Under the pieces are notes generated by a model, which worked only from the letters and a program-made list of their open reading frames with translations, searched no databases and had not been told where the DNA came from. A DNA stretch of 64,000 nucleotides from an uncultured Gammaproteobacteria bacterium (GTDB taxonomy: Bacteria; Pseudomonadota; Gammaproteobacteria; JAURND01). This document shows positions 1 through 10,345 of this stretch, piece after piece. The number at the start of each line of letters is the position of its first letter. The stretch's first letter is position 1. The position numbers were made by a program, and so were the translations under genes. The stretch is taken from assembly GCA_963813895.1 (NCBI GenBank), contig CAWFAS010000001.1, positions 473,290-537,289 on the forward strand, written 5' to 3'.

Positions 1-45
1 CCGGTTCAGATGTAACCCCTGCAAGCGGTATTCTGGAGGCACATT
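1..45 (+). ncRNA. ssrS: 6S RNA (ssrS), 3' terminal fragment; 5' part lies outside the window
   Basis: Bases 1-45 (CCGGTTCAGATGTAACCCCTGCAAGCGGTATTCTGGAGGCACA) align at roughly 75% identity with the 3' end of E. coli 6S RNA (GGUUCAAGGGUUACAGCCUGCGGCGGCAUCUCGGAGAUUCC). The position directly upstream of a 5-formyl-THF cyclo-ligase gene reproduces the conserved ssrS-ygfA arrangement. Alignment was by eye only. Confidence 0.45.
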
Positions 46-50
46 TCTGA

Positions 51-653
51 GTGACTTCTCGACAGTCTATAAGACGCGTTATTCAACATCAGCGCCGTCA
101 ATTATCCCTAATGGTTCGTCAGCAGGCTTCTTTAGCAATCAGTCGTCATATCGCTACCTCCTCCTGGTTTTTGCGTAGTCGGCATATTGCTTTTTATTGG
201 GCGGTACGTGGTGAAATTGATCCTTATCCGCTACTGCAGCGTGCCTGGTCAATGGGAAAAACTTGCTACTTGCCACTATGCCACCCCTTGGATAAACAAA
301 CTCTGGTATTTGTGCCATATTATCCAGGCGAACCCCTGGCGCCTAATGGTTATGGTATTTTTGAGCCGCCTATAAAAAACTTATATCTGGCTCGCAAGCC
401 GTATTCGCTGGATTTAGTTTTTACTCCGCTGGTTGCTTTTGATATTGAGAGAAACCGTTTGGGTTCTGGTAAAGGTTATTACGATAAGACTTTTAGCTAT
501 TTAAATCAGCGTGTATACCAGCATAAACCTGCTTTAATTGGTTTGGCGTATCAATTCCAGCAGTGCGAGCAAATTTTAGCCAAGGTCTGGGATGTACCTT
601 TGGATAAGGTAGTTGTGTACGATACTGAACGACAATGGGTAACGGATAAATAG
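51..653 (+). CDS. ygfA: 5-formyltetrahydrofolate cyclo-ligase (MTHFS/YgfA family)
   Basis: 200-aa ORF with a GTG start. It has the MTHFS motifs GEIDP, LPLCHP, GYGIFEP and GSGKGYYD, and it is collinear with E. coli YgfA. Confidence 0.8.
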   Translation: MTSRQSIRRVIQHQRRQLSLMVRQQASLAISRHIATSSWFLRSRHIAFYWAVRGEIDPYPLLQRAWSMGKTCYLPLCHPLDKQTLVFVPYYPGEPLAPNGYGIFEPPIKNLYLARKPYSLDLVFTPLVAFDIERNRLGSGKGYYDKTFSYLNQRVYQHKPALIGLAYQFQQCEQILAKVWDVPLDKVVVYDTERQWVTDK

Positions 654-664
654 AACTACTTTGA

Positions 665-715
665 AATTACCTTGATAATTGGAAGTCGTAGTTCCAATTA
701 TCAAGGTAATTTTCA
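665..715 (+). terminator. Hairpin terminator after ygfA: 18-bp perfect stem AATTACCTTGATAATTGG / CCAATTATCAAGGTAATT with an 11-nt loop and a following TTTT
   Basis: Inverted repeat read directly in the sequence, followed by a short T tract. Confidence 0.45.
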
Positions 716-799
716 GAAAATGTCACTGGCCAAGGTCTCTAGAAAGATAGATTGAAATTTTGTAACAAAAGTAGCGGGTATGGAACATCATCCTGGTTA

Positions 800-834
800 C
801 GGTTATTTCCTGTAGGGAATGGTATAATTTTGCA
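800..834 (+). promoter_or_regulatory. Probable rnpB promoter, with a TATAAT -10 element at about 823-828
   Basis: TTTCCT...GGTATAATTTTGCA lies immediately 5' of the conserved RNase P RNA 5' end (GAGTCAGCC). Confidence 0.4.
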
Positions 835-1213
835 GAGTCAGCCAGGCAGTCGCTGTGCTGTGCCTAAAGGCAATAGCATAGAGGAAAGTCCGGGCTCCAT
901 AGGGTAAGGCGCCAGGTAACGCCTGGGAGGCGTGAGTCTACGGAAAGTGCAACAGAAAAAATACCGCCTGCTGTCTTTTGGCAGTAGGTAAGGGTGAAAT
1001 GGTGCGGTAAGAGCGCACCGCGCGGGTGGTAACATCCGTGGCAAGGTAAACCCCGCCTGGAGCAAGACCAAATAGGGATTCGAGTGGCTAAGGCTTAGCT
1101 TTAGCAACAGGCGTGACCCACGTCCGAATCCGGGTAGGTCGCTAGAGGTGTGTGGTGACACACATCCCAGATAGATGATTGTCCAAGACAGAACCCGGCT
1201 TATCGGCTGACTC
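835..1213 (+). ncRNA. rnpB: RNase P RNA, bacterial type A (M1 RNA)
   Basis: Contains universally conserved blocks: GAGGAAAGTCCGGGCTCCATAGGGTAAGGCGCCAGGTAACGCCTGGGAGGCGTGAG, GGTGAAATGGTGCGGTAAGAGCGCACCGCGCGGGTGGTAACA..GTGGCAAGGTAAACCCCGCCTGGAGCAAGACCAAATAGGG, and the 3' ACAGAACCCGGCTTATCGGCTGACTC. The 5' AGTCAGCC pairs with the 3' GGCTGACT to form the P1 stem. A T-run follows. The minus-strand ORF 838..1161 lies entirely inside this RNA and is spurious. Confidence 0.9.
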
Positions 1214-1330
1214 TTTTTTATTTTTGGAGCAGGGGGCCATTATTAAGCCTATAGGGTCCCCTTTTCCCAGTACACCATGAAGATCCTAATGTGTGGTATG
1301 AGTGTGATTGGATATGTGCCATCGGAGGCT

Positions 1331-1380
1331 ACCCCCTTCCTAACCTTCCCCCGCAAGCGGTGGAAGGTTAGGAAGGGGGC
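1331..1380. repeat. Short palindromic element, family A half-unit (ACCCCCTTCCTAACCTTCCcccgcaagcggtGGAAGGTTAGGAAGGGGGC)
   Basis: A 19-bp inverted repeat around a CCCGCAAGCGG core. The same arm sequence recurs in the long family A elements at 29832 and 42347. Confidence 0.7.
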
Positions 1381-1421
1381 AGCTTCTAGTGGCGCACACG
1401 TCGAAAACCCTTCTGGCAATC

Positions 1422-3716
1422 TCATTCCTGCTCCGCCTCCACCGCTTCTTTAAACCCACATTCTTTCTGCGGACAGACTTTCTCTGTGCCCCAGCGTTTG
1501 GTGACTTTAAGCGTTAGAATAGGCCAACCACATTGCGGACATTTCTCTGTTAGAGGTTCATTCCAAATGGCATATTTACAGGTGGGGTAGGTAGAACAAG
1601 AGTAAAAAATCTTGCCGTAGCGCGATTTGCGCTTTAACAAACTCCCTTTTTTACACTCGGGACACTCAACTCCTGTATCAGCCGGTTTCTCCAATGGCTC
1701 AATGTGTTTACAGTTGGGATAGTTGCTACAGCCAATAAATTTGCCATAACGACCGACTTTAATCACTAAAGGAGATTCGCAGAGGGGGCAGGTTCGGCCT
1801 TCTACAATTTCCGGTTCTGTGGGTTGTTCTTCACCTTCCATGCTGCGGGTATAATCACAGTCGGGATAACCGGTGCAGCCTACAAAGCGGCCGCGGCGGC
1901 CCAGTCGAGTAGCCAAGGGTTTGCCACATTTGGGACAATTTTCGTCCATCAATTCCTGGGTGACATCACTGCGTTTAACAGTTTCCTGAGTTTCTGCTAC
2001 TTTTTGCTTAAAGGGATCCCAAAAATGTTCCAACATGGGTGTCCAAGCTTCTTCACCGCGAGAAATGGCATCCAATTGATCTTCTAATTTTGCGGTAAAA
2101 TCATAGTCTACATATTGGGTAAAATATTGCGTTAAAAATCGATTAACTACCCGACCAACATCGGTTGGTTTAAAGCGCTTTTGGTCTAAAGTGACATATT
2201 CTCGATGTTTGAGGGTATAAATAATGCTTGAATAGGTCGAAGGTCGTCCTATGCCGTGTTCTTCTAATGCTTTTACCAGGCTAGCTTCGGAGTAGCGGGG
2301 TGGTGGCTCGGTGAAGTGTTGCACGCTTTGAATGCTTAGCAACTGTATTTTGTCACCTTCCTGCATGGGGGGTAACAGACGCAACTCACTATCATCGGTT
2401 TTCTTGGGATCGTCCACGCCCTCTTGATAAACAGCCATAAAACCTGGGTTGGCTATGACCGAGCCGTTAGCACGAAAACGGTTGCCATTGCCACAGCTTA
2501 AATCCACCGCCACCGTATCTATAGTCGCAGGAATCATCTGGCAGGCAACTGCTCTTTTCCAGATTAGATCATATAGTTTAAACTGTTCTGGATTGAGCGC
2601 CTCTTTAAGTTGTTCTGGAAGACGGGCAATATCAGTAGGTCGAATGGCTTCATGTGCTTCTTGCGCATTTTTAGCTTTGGTGTGATAAATGCGAGGGGCT
2701 TCAGGAACGTTATCTTTACCATAACGTTGCTGAATAAATTCCCGAATAGCCTCTATAGCCTCTTGGGCTAAGTTGACAGAGTCTGTACGCATATAGGTAA
2801 TTAAACCTACCGACCCTTCCTTACCCAGAGAAATACCTTCATAGAGCTGTTGAGCGATACGCATAGTGCGATCAGTAGTAAATCCCAATTTGCGGGCTGC
2901 TTCCTGTTGTAAAGTGGAGGTGATAAACGGGGGAGAGGGGTTACGCTTGCGTTGCTTCTTTTCAACTTTTATAACCAGCAATTCGCCCTTGGCTGCTTTA
3001 AGTAATGTTTTCTCAGTCGTTTTGGCTTGTTTTTCGGTGGTGATGGAAAATTGCTCAAGTTTTTCATTTTTATATTCGGCTAATTTTGCGGAAAAGACTT
3101 GTTGGTTGCTGCTGGCTTCGGCTTCGATTGTCCAGTATTCCTGGGTCTTGAAGCGCTCGATTTCTTCTTCACGTTCAGAGATCATGCGTAATGCAGGACT
3201 TTGAACTCGTCCTGCGGACAGACCGGGACGTACTTTGCGCCATAGAAGAGGCGAAAGACTGAAACCCACTAGAAAATCCAATGCCCGTCGGGCTTGTTGC
3301 GCATTAACCAGATCCATCGCAATATCGCGTGGATGGGTTACCGCCAGGTTAATGGCAGACTGGGTTATTTCATGGAACACAATACGGAAAGCCGGTTTTT
3401 TAGCCAGCGTTTTCTGCTCCCGCATCAGTTGCAAAATGTGCCAGGAGATAGCCTCGCCCTCTCTATCAGGGTCAGTTGCTAGGTAAAGGGCATCTGCCTG
3501 TTTCAGGGCTTTAGCAATGGCGGCGACATGTTTGGCGTTTTTTTCAACCAGTTCATATTTCATGGCAAAACCATGTTCTGTGTCGACAGCGCCTTCCTTG
3601 GGCACTAAATCGCGGACATGGCCATAGGAGGCGAGGACTTCAAAGTCTTTTCCCAGGTATTTTTTAATGGTTTTCGCTTTTGCAGGGGATTCTACGACGA
3701 CCAGGTTTTTAGCCAT
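1422..3716 (-). CDS. topA: DNA topoisomerase I
   Basis: 764 aa. Toprim N-terminus (VVVESPAKAKTIKKYLG), a catalytic Tyr region, and several C-terminal C4 zinc-ribbon repeats (CPKCG / CPLCESPL / CPECKKG / CPQCGWP). Confidence 0.95.
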   Translation of the reverse strand: MAKNLVVVESPAKAKTIKKYLGKDFEVLASYGHVRDLVPKEGAVDTEHGFAMKYELVEKNAKHVAAIAKALKQADALYLATDPDREGEAISWHILQLMREQKTLAKKPAFRIVFHEITQSAINLAVTHPRDIAMDLVNAQQARRALDFLVGFSLSPLLWRKVRPGLSAGRVQSPALRMISEREEEIERFKTQEYWTIEAEASSNQQVFSAKLAEYKNEKLEQFSITTEKQAKTTEKTLLKAAKGELLVIKVEKKQRKRNPSPPFITSTLQQEAARKLGFTTDRTMRIAQQLYEGISLGKEGSVGLITYMRTDSVNLAQEAIEAIREFIQQRYGKDNVPEAPRIYHTKAKNAQEAHEAIRPTDIARLPEQLKEALNPEQFKLYDLIWKRAVACQMIPATIDTVAVDLSCGNGNRFRANGSVIANPGFMAVYQEGVDDPKKTDDSELRLLPPMQEGDKIQLLSIQSVQHFTEPPPRYSEASLVKALEEHGIGRPSTYSSIIYTLKHREYVTLDQKRFKPTDVGRVVNRFLTQYFTQYVDYDFTAKLEDQLDAISRGEEAWTPMLEHFWDPFKQKVAETQETVKRSDVTQELMDENCPKCGKPLATRLGRRGRFVGCTGYPDCDYTRSMEGEEQPTEPEIVEGRTCPLCESPLVIKVGRYGKFIGCSNYPNCKHIEPLEKPADTGVECPECKKGSLLKRKSRYGKIFYSCSTYPTCKYAIWNEPLTEKCPQCGWPILTLKVTKRWGTEKVCPQKECGFKEAVEAEQE

Positions 3717-3874
3717 TGCATTACTCGAATGTGAAAAATTGAGATTGCACTAATTAGCATGAGATGGGATCAGTTGCAAGGTAAACCCCCTTTGGCTTAA
3801 ATATAAATCTAACCTGAGTCAGGAAATTTTCTCTCTGAGTCGCAGATATACGGTTCATGATTGATAGGCAGTCG

Positions 3875-4354
3875 TTAATGCAAACGATTCATCTCTGTAG
3901 TCAACAAAAAACGTTCCATGCAGGCTGCAGCTTTTTTATCAGGCTGATCACAGAGAATGCCTAATACCACCCATTTAACTCTGGAGATACTAATAGATTC
4001 CGGTTCCATCTGCAGTAGCTCATCGAGTACAAGTTCGCGTGTGGTTGCTGACAACACGCCTGATTGTTCTAAGGTTAATAGAAAACCTCGGCATTTGCGA
4101 CTTAAGTGTAGGCATTCTATGGGTGAAAAAATGCGTGTGCCTGTAGGGTTTACTTGTAGGGGGTATTCCTCAATCCGTTTTTCTGGTTCGGGTTGAATCA
4201 AATCCGTCATCCAGGTTAATACTCGCTGTATTTTATCTGGCGGAATGCCCAATTCTTTCAGTTCAGAAACCAAAAATTGTTCTTCTTTAGGGAAAGGAGA
4301 TCCAGTTTCAATTTTGTCAAAAAAATACATTAGTACTTGTAGAACATCGTTCAT
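3875..4354 (-). CDS. smg: Smg protein (DUF494)
   Basis: 159 aa, with the typical acidic Smg N-terminus (MNDVLQVLMYFFDKIET...). It sits between dprA and topA, as in many gammaproteobacteria. Confidence 0.8.
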   Translation of the reverse strand: MNDVLQVLMYFFDKIETGSPFPKEEQFLVSELKELGIPPDKIQRVLTWMTDLIQPEPEKRIEEYPLQVNPTGTRIFSPIECLHLSRKCRGFLLTLEQSGVLSATTRELVLDELLQMEPESISISRVKWVVLGILCDQPDKKAAACMERFLLTTEMNRLH

Positions 4355-4400
4355 AATTGATTTAAACCCTCAAAATTTAGTTTCCAGTTTTTCAAACCAG

Positions 4401-5564
4401 TCAGCTGGCCTGTTTTGGGATATTTTTTATATACCCGCCAGGGACAGCCGTTATAAAATCTTGCAGCTCTAAGACCAAGAGCCCGGAAAAAACCACTTGG
4501 GTCATCAATCCACTCCTTGCTACCATTTGATCGACAGTGGTAGCTTCGTACCCCACACACTCTAACAGCTGCTGGCAATTGGCATCAAGGAAATTTTTCT
4601 TGTTCGTCTCTTCAGTCTCCTGCAGGGGATCCTGTTTGGCAGCGGCAATAGCGCCTAATTCTTCTAAGATATCCGTCACGTTCTCGACTAACTTGGCTCC
4701 CTGGCGTATCAGCAAATGACAACCCTGTGCTAAGGGATTGTAAATGGAACCTGGAATTGCAAATACCTCTCGCCCCTGTTCAGATGCCAGTCGTGCCGTG
4801 ATTAATGAACCGCTACGCAAGGTGGCTTCCACCACCAGCACCCCCAGGCTCATACCGCTGACCAGTCGGTTACGACGCGGGAAATGGGCTGCCTTTATTC
4901 CAGTGCCTATTGGAAATTCTGAAACCAGTGCACCCTGTGCAGTAATCTGTTCCGCCAGTTGCCGGTGTGTGGGTGGATAAACCAGGTCAAGTCCACAGCC
5001 TTGCACTGCAATGGTCGGCTGCCCATTCTTTAATGCGCCTTTGTGGCTTGCCGCATCTATGCCTAAAGCCAGGCCGCTGGTGATGGTCAAACCAGACTGA
5101 GATAAATGGGCAGCAAATTGCCGTGCTGACTCTAATCCTGTGGGTGTTGGGTTTCTGCTCCCGACCATGGCAAACTGCCGAGTGTGCAATAATTTGGGAT
5201 CACCAGCGACAAATAAAATCGGTGGCGCATCGGGTATTTGCCTCAGCAAATAGGGGTAGCGGTCATCCGTCCAGGTGACGATATGGTGCTGGGGAGATTC
5301 AGCCCACTTAAGATCAATCTGCACACCAGTCCAATCCGGTTTTGTTACACCCTGAATGATCCCTTCTGGCAAACCCAAAGAGGACAAGCGCGCCACTGAG
5401 GTATTAAATAATGGGGATAGTTGCGGAAAAAGCTGCAATAACTTGAAAAACCGTAGAGGGCCTATGCCAGGAGTTCGCCACAAAGCCAGCCAGTAATGCA
5501 GATCTTCGGCGAGTTGTTTTGCGGTCTGTGGTTGAAGGGTAGTCTGTGAAGTGTGGGTTAGCAA
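4401..5564 (-). CDS. dprA: DNA processing protein DprA (Smf)
   Basis: 387 aa. Rossmann-like DprA core: VGSRNPTPTGLESARQFAAHLSQSGLTITSGLALGIDAASHKGAL. A C-terminal winged-helix region is present. Confidence 0.9.
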   Translation of the reverse strand: MLTHTSQTTLQPQTAKQLAEDLHYWLALWRTPGIGPLRFFKLLQLFPQLSPLFNTSVARLSSLGLPEGIIQGVTKPDWTGVQIDLKWAESPQHHIVTWTDDRYPYLLRQIPDAPPILFVAGDPKLLHTRQFAMVGSRNPTPTGLESARQFAAHLSQSGLTITSGLALGIDAASHKGALKNGQPTIAVQGCGLDLVYPPTHRQLAEQITAQGALVSEFPIGTGIKAAHFPRRNRLVSGMSLGVLVVEATLRSGSLITARLASEQGREVFAIPGSIYNPLAQGCHLLIRQGAKLVENVTDILEELGAIAAAKQDPLQETEETNKKNFLDANCQQLLECVGYEATTVDQMVARSGLMTQVVFSGLLVLELQDFITAVPGGYIKNIPKQAS

Positions 5565-5689
5565 AGGCAGTTCTTTTGACAGAGGGTTTTAAGGATGACC
5601 AAATGAACCATTGTTGCAGGACGTCGCACTAGGGGCAATACCGTAACCTCTTCTTCAGCTTCATTCAGCACTCCAGATTGAGGGTCGGC

Positions 5690-5806
5690 TTTCTCCCTTC
5701 TCCCGCTTGCGGGAGAAGGGTCGGGGATGAGGGTGTATCGATCTGCATTTGTGCCCGAGGAAACACCCTCACCCCCCGCCCCTCTCCCGCAAGCGGGAGA
5801 GGGGCG
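5690..5806. repeat. Composite palindromic element, a diverged family A member. Two inverted arms (CCCTTCTCCCGCTTGCGGGAGAAGGG and CGCCCCTCTCCCGCAAGCGGGAGAGGGGCG) flank a central hairpin GAGGGTGT...ACACCCTC.
   Basis: Three hairpins read directly from the sequence. The arm cores CTTCTCCCGCTTGCGGGAGAAG are one- or two-base variants of the family A core CTTCCCCCGCAAGCGGGGGAAG. The element lies in the dprA / glyS intergenic region. Confidence 0.65.
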
Positions 5807-5909
5807 AAAGCTAGCCTATACTGAATAGTTACTAAAATATTTTGTGTCGATCCTCAGCCTGGGAGAGGGGATTACACTGCATAATCTGGCATTATTCAAC
5901 AATCTAAAA

Positions 5910-7982
5910 TTACTGCGCCAATACCGAAATATCCGCCACCTGCAAAAACAACCGCTGCAGCTGATAAAGCAAAGCCAGGCGGTTGTTACGCAATTTTTCA
6001 TCCGCCACCATGACCATGACTTCATCAAAAAAGCGGTCTATAGGGGCGCGTAGCGCAGCGAGGTTAGTTAATACTTCTGTATATTGGGCTTTATGGAATA
6101 GAGGTTCTACTTCCTTATTTTTTTGCTCCATCGCTGCTAACAACTGGTGTTCGGCTGCATCGGTCAGTAGGGTAGGGTTAACAGGATGATTTCGCCACTC
6201 TCCGTCAGGGTCTTTTAAAATATTGCTGACACGTTTGTGAGCTGCGGCCAACGCTTTAGCTTCCGGTAAAGATTGAAAATGTTGAACGGCCTGGACTCGA
6301 TAATGAAAATCCAGTGCCTGCGTGGGCATACGGGCCAATACTGAAGAGAATACTTCGGGCTCCACACCACGGTCCAAATACCAGGCGCGTAGCCTTTCCA
6401 TCATGAAATCGAAAGTTTGTTCGACTGCGGAGGGATTAACCAGTTTAGGGCCATAACCCGCAGCGGCTTGATTCAGCATTTCAAGCAAATCTAAGGGCAG
6501 TTTTTTTTCGATTAGTATACGCAGCACCCCCAACGCGGCGCGACGTAAACCAAAGGGGTCTTTTTCTCCGCTGGGCGGTTGGTTAACACCAAACAAGCCA
6601 ATAAGGGTGTCAATTTTGTCAGCAATAGATACCAGGCAGCCCATGTCAGATTCAGGTAGTGTATCTCCCGAAAAACGGGGTTGGTAATGCTCGCGCACTG
6701 CTAGGGCGACTGCTTCAGATTCGCCATCTTTCGTAGCATAGTAATAGCCCATTACACCTTGTAGTTCAGGAAATTCGCTCACCATAGCTGTGACGAGATC
6801 GGCTTTTGCCAGCAGACCGGCACGTTGTGTTTGTTTAGTATCAGTGCCCAGCTGTTGTCCCAGATATCCGGCCAGCATTGAAATGCGCTGGGATTTGTCA
6901 AACAATGTGCCTAGCTTGTGTTGGAAAAGGACTTTTTTTAATTCCTCCAATCGCGATTCCAAGCGATGTTTTAAATCAGTATGATAAAAAAACTGCGCAT
7001 CTGACAATCGCGCACGAATCACACGCTGATTACCGGCAATCACCCGTGCCGGATCTTTGCTGGCAATATTGCTGATTATCACGAAATAGGGCAGAAGTTT
7101 ATGCTGGTCGTCCACCACTGGAAAATATTTCTGATGACTTTGCATGGCGGTAATAATCGCTTCAGGAGGTACTTCAAGAAATTGCGCTTCGAATTCGCCC
7201 AACAAGGCGACTGGCCATTCTACCAGGCTGTTCACTTCATCCAGTAACTCCTCATCTATCACGGCAATGCCTTTATGCCTAACCGTCTGTTGGATTAATT
7301 CCCGTATGCGCAGCTTGCGTTCATTGTAATCAGTCAGCACCTGTCCAGATTCTTTTAATAATGCTGCGTATTCGTGCGGGTTGGAAATAGTAATGGCATC
7401 AGGATGGTGAAAGCGATGACCATAGGTGAGGTTAGAGGTGGTCTGTCCTAAAATGTCAGCAGCTATTATCTCTTTATCAAACAACAGCACCATCCAATGC
7501 ACTGGCCTAATAAAGGAGAAGCTGTGATCACTCCAGCGCATAGGTTTGGCTACAGGCAGTTGTTGTAGTGCCTGAGTTAGAATGGCGGGTAATAATTTGG
7601 CTGTTGGCTCGCCAGATTGTTGTTGGCGGAAAAATAACCACGCGCCCTTGTCAGTTTCTTGGGTCATAAGCTGATCTACGGTGGTATTACAGGCATTAGC
7701 AAAACCCAAACAGGCCAAGGTGGGGTGACCTTCGCTATCAAATGCAGCTTTGACTGCCGGACCTCTTTTTTCCACCACGTGGCTCGGTTGTTCAGTGACT
7801 AGATCTTTGAGATAGACGGCCAGGCGGCGCGGTGTGGCAAATAGCTTGATTGCATTATAGCCTAGGCCGGCTTTTTCCAGGCCAGAGCATAAATTGGCGC
7901 CCAAAGCTTCAGAAAGCCTTTTTAATTGTTTGGGAGGCAGTTCTTCAGTACCGATTTCAACTAATAAATCACGCGAGTTCAT
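5910..7982 (-). CDS. glyS: Glycine--tRNA ligase beta subunit
   Basis: N-terminus [20 protein letters not shown] is the canonical GlyS start. The track ORF runs to 8117, but the upstream 45 codons overlap glyQ and have no homology. The chosen start overlaps the glyQ stop by 14 nt, as is usual for glyQS. Confidence 0.9.
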   Translation of the reverse strand: MNSRDLLVEIGTEELPPKQLKRLSEALGANLCSGLEKAGLGYNAIKLFATPRRLAVYLKDLVTEQPSHVVEKRGPAVKAAFDSEGHPTLACLGFANACNTTVDQLMTQETDKGAWLFFRQQQSGEPTAKLLPAILTQALQQLPVAKPMRWSDHSFSFIRPVHWMVLLFDKEIIAADILGQTTSNLTYGHRFHHPDAITISNPHEYAALLKESGQVLTDYNERKLRIRELIQQTVRHKGIAVIDEELLDEVNSLVEWPVALLGEFEAQFLEVPPEAIITAMQSHQKYFPVVDDQHKLLPYFVIISNIASKDPARVIAGNQRVIRARLSDAQFFYHTDLKHRLESRLEELKKVLFQHKLGTLFDKSQRISMLAGYLGQQLGTDTKQTQRAGLLAKADLVTAMVSEFPELQGVMGYYYATKDGESEAVALAVREHYQPRFSGDTLPESDMGCLVSIADKIDTLIGLFGVNQPPSGEKDPFGLRRAALGVLRILIEKKLPLDLLEMLNQAAAGYGPKLVNPSAVEQTFDFMMERLRAWYLDRGVEPEVFSSVLARMPTQALDFHYRVQAVQHFQSLPEAKALAAAHKRVSNILKDPDGEWRNHPVNPTLLTDAAEHQLLAAMEQKNKEVEPLFHKAQYTEVLTNLAALRAPIDRFFDEVMVMVADEKLRNNRLALLYQLQRLFLQVADISVLAQ

Positions 7983-8904
7983 GCTTCTTGCTCCGTAGCA
8001 GGGGGAATCCCAATTGTTCACGCGACTGGTAATAAGCGGCCGCGACTGCGAATGCCAATTTACGTACCCGCAGAATATAGGCTTGCCGTTCAGTGACAGA
8101 AATGGCGTGACGAGCATCCAATAAGTTAAAACTGTGGGATGCCTTCAGCACCATATCATAGGCAGGTAAAGGCAGGTTGGTGGCGATCAATCGGTGACAT
8201 TCCTGCTCATAAAAATTAAAGTGTTCAAATAAGACCGGCACATTAGCTTGTTCAAAATTGTAGGCTGACATCTCCACTTCATTTTGATGGAAAACATCAC
8301 CATAAGTGACTATACCTTGTGGGCTTCGTGCCCATACTAAATCATACATGCTGTCCACGCCCTGTATATACATAGCCAGACGCTCTAATCCATAGGTCAT
8401 TTCTCCCGTCACGGGTTTGCATTCCAAGCCGCCCACTTGTTGAAAATAAGTAAACTGAGTGACCTCCATGCCGTTTTGCCACACCTCCCAGCCTAAACCC
8501 CAGGCGCCCAAAGTGGGCGATTCCCAATTGTCTTCCACAAAGCGGATGTCATCTGTTAGTGGGTCTATGCCCAATGCGCGTAAGGAATCTAAATACAATT
8601 CTTGTATGTTGTCGGGTGAGGGTTTTAATATGACTTGAAATTGATAGTAATGCTGACCACGGTTGGGATTATCGCCATAGCGACCATCAGTAGGCCGACG
8701 GCTAGGTTGCACGTAGGCAGTACGCCAGGGTTCTGGACCTATGGCACGCATAAAGGTAGCAGGATGAAAGGTGCCGGCGCCTACTTCAGTGTCCATAGGT
8801 TGCAATAGTACACAGCCCTCGGCAGACCAATATTGTTGCAAGGCCATGATCAAACCTTGAAAGGTTTTAATGTCCGAACTTTTTTGTGATGTGAGGAGGG
8901 TCAT
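7969..8904 (-). CDS. glyQ: Glycine--tRNA ligase alpha subunit
   Basis: 311 aa and highly conserved ([35 protein letters not shown]...). The real start may be a few codons inside the ORF. Confidence 0.93.
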   Translation of the reverse strand: MTLLTSQKSSDIKTFQGLIMALQQYWSAEGCVLLQPMDTEVGAGTFHPATFMRAIGPEPWRTAYVQPSRRPTDGRYGDNPNRGQHYYQFQVILKPSPDNIQELYLDSLRALGIDPLTDDIRFVEDNWESPTLGAWGLGWEVWQNGMEVTQFTYFQQVGGLECKPVTGEMTYGLERLAMYIQGVDSMYDLVWARSPQGIVTYGDVFHQNEVEMSAYNFEQANVPVLFEHFNFYEQECHRLIATNLPLPAYDMVLKASHSFNLLDARHAISVTERQAYILRVRKLAFAVAAAYYQSREQLGFPLLRSKKHELA

Positions 8905-8981
8905 AGTGCGCTCGAGGTTATTAAATGCGAGCAGGAAGTATAGCTGAGATTATGAGGTGTTTTCTATAAGGTAGGGTCTCA

Positions 8982-9062
8982 AGTGGGGTCAAGTCTGGTT
9001 TTGTGCTCTCGACTTTTTTACTATTCCGAAATCGAGAGCACAAAACCAGACTTGACCCCACT
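8982..9062. repeat. Perfect 31-bp stem hairpin (AGTGGGGTCAAGTCTGGTTTTGTGCTCTCGA / TCGAGAGCACAAAACCAGACTTGACCCCACT) with a 19-nt loop, placed between the ATP-grasp gene and glyQ
   Basis: Read directly from the sequence. It is immediately followed, at 9066-9077, by the motif GTCATCCTGAAC, which is the terminal inverted repeat of repeat family B. That motif here encodes the last four residues and stop of the upstream gene. Confidence 0.7.
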
Positions 9063-10271
9063 TCAGTCATCCTGAACCACCCGCACAGCGGTAAACCCAC
9101 CACCCCGAGTTCTAAAATTAGTTACCTGACCCTGATACAAGCGCGCGACAATATTTAATACCCGCCCTTGATAAGTATAATTGCGGATATCCATTTTAAA
9201 CGTGGTCGCTCCTTCTTCTTCCAATTGAACTATTTGCTCGCTAGGGGGCACTAGCTCTTGGGCAATATAGCTGCCCGCCAGGACCTCAGCAAACACTTTT
9301 TTGGTGATACTTTGCCCGCGATAAGCGCCTTTGCCCGCATAGCCAGCCACTGGTTTGAAGAACAGTTTCTTGCGTTCTGTCCATAAGAAATCCGCTAATA
9401 AGGGGTCGACCAGCAATGTATGTGGAACTCCCTGTTGTAAGCTTGCGATTATATCAGGACTGACCCCCCAACTACTTAACAATTCAGGATTAGACAAAAC
9501 CGTAAGGTTGCGTTTATCAGCATACAAAGCATGGGCATGGGGATCTGGAGTGACTACGACAGCATTCTCCCTATAAGCTTTTAATAATGTGGCATGGGCC
9601 GGTTCAGTCAGAGAAAAATCCGTTAAGCGATTATAAACCAGGTCGATATTTAAACCGTTTTGTTGCAGCTGTCCATTTTTGTAGGACAATGTAGCCGGGT
9701 CAGCGATGACGGTATCTATCCCTCTGGATTTAAACAGGGTCTGGAATAATACAAATTCTGGATAATAATATTGTTGTAGTGGTTGATGGTCGATGATGGC
9801 AATGCGCGTTAAAGGTGCGTTGGGATGCGCGCGACGCCACTCTTCTTGAAACATGGAGACATATTGTTCTTGCCACAGTGTGGGTCTGTCGAGAGGGAGT
9901 TGATTTTCTGCCCATAAGGCCATCTCTAATAAGGCAATGAAACCGGCACCGCCAGCATTAGTATTTATTTCAATCAGTTTGGGTCCGTGAGGTGTTAGAT
10001 GAAAGTCATAACCAAAAAAAACTCCTGGTACCTTGTGGTGTTTATTAACCTTTGAGGGGGCCCAGGATAGCACGTGCTGTTGGTATGCTGGCAATGCTAT
10101 AACCGTTTCTATAGCACTTATTAGCTGCTGCATGGCGGTAGCTTGCTCAGGTGATAGCTCAACCATTGCGTTTGAAAAGAGTTGCGGTCGCTCGCGCAGC
10201 CATTCTTCTGGCAAATGATAATCTGCCCCCACAAGCTGGAGTCGTTGGTATAGTTGGCTTAAATTAATCAT
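9063..10271 (-). CDS. ATP-grasp fold protein (circularly permuted ATP-grasp / glutathionylspermidine-synthase-like); function unknown
   Basis: 402 aa. The EINTNAGGAGF motif and overall pattern are consistent with the YgiC/YjfC-type ATP-grasp family. The assignment is from memory of that family, not a search. Confidence 0.55.
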   Translation of the reverse strand: MINLSQLYQRLQLVGADYHLPEEWLRERPQLFSNAMVELSPEQATAMQQLISAIETVIALPAYQQHVLSWAPSKVNKHHKVPGVFFGYDFHLTPHGPKLIEINTNAGGAGFIALLEMALWAENQLPLDRPTLWQEQYVSMFQEEWRRAHPNAPLTRIAIIDHQPLQQYYYPEFVLFQTLFKSRGIDTVIADPATLSYKNGQLQQNGLNIDLVYNRLTDFSLTEPAHATLLKAYRENAVVVTPDPHAHALYADKRNLTVLSNPELLSSWGVSPDIIASLQQGVPHTLLVDPLLADFLWTERKKLFFKPVAGYAGKGAYRGQSITKKVFAEVLAGSYIAQELVPPSEQIVQLEEEGATTFKMDIRNYTYQGRVLNIVARLYQGQVTNFRTRGGGFTAVRVVQDD

Positions 10272-10345
10272 GATTCCTGGGTTCCCAGCGTGAAGAGTTG
10301 TATGTAAGATTTCAAACTATTTATTATCCGCTTTCAAGGAGTTTC

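Noticed and set aside
838-1161. 107-aa minus-strand ORF
   Set aside because: It lies wholly inside the RNase P RNA gene. The amino-acid sequence is low-complexity and there is no Shine-Dalgarno, so it is an artefact of the GC-rich structured RNA.
5816-6053. Two ~70-aa ORFs at the 3' end of glyS
   Set aside because: They overlap the glyS coding sequence and its terminator region, with no support.
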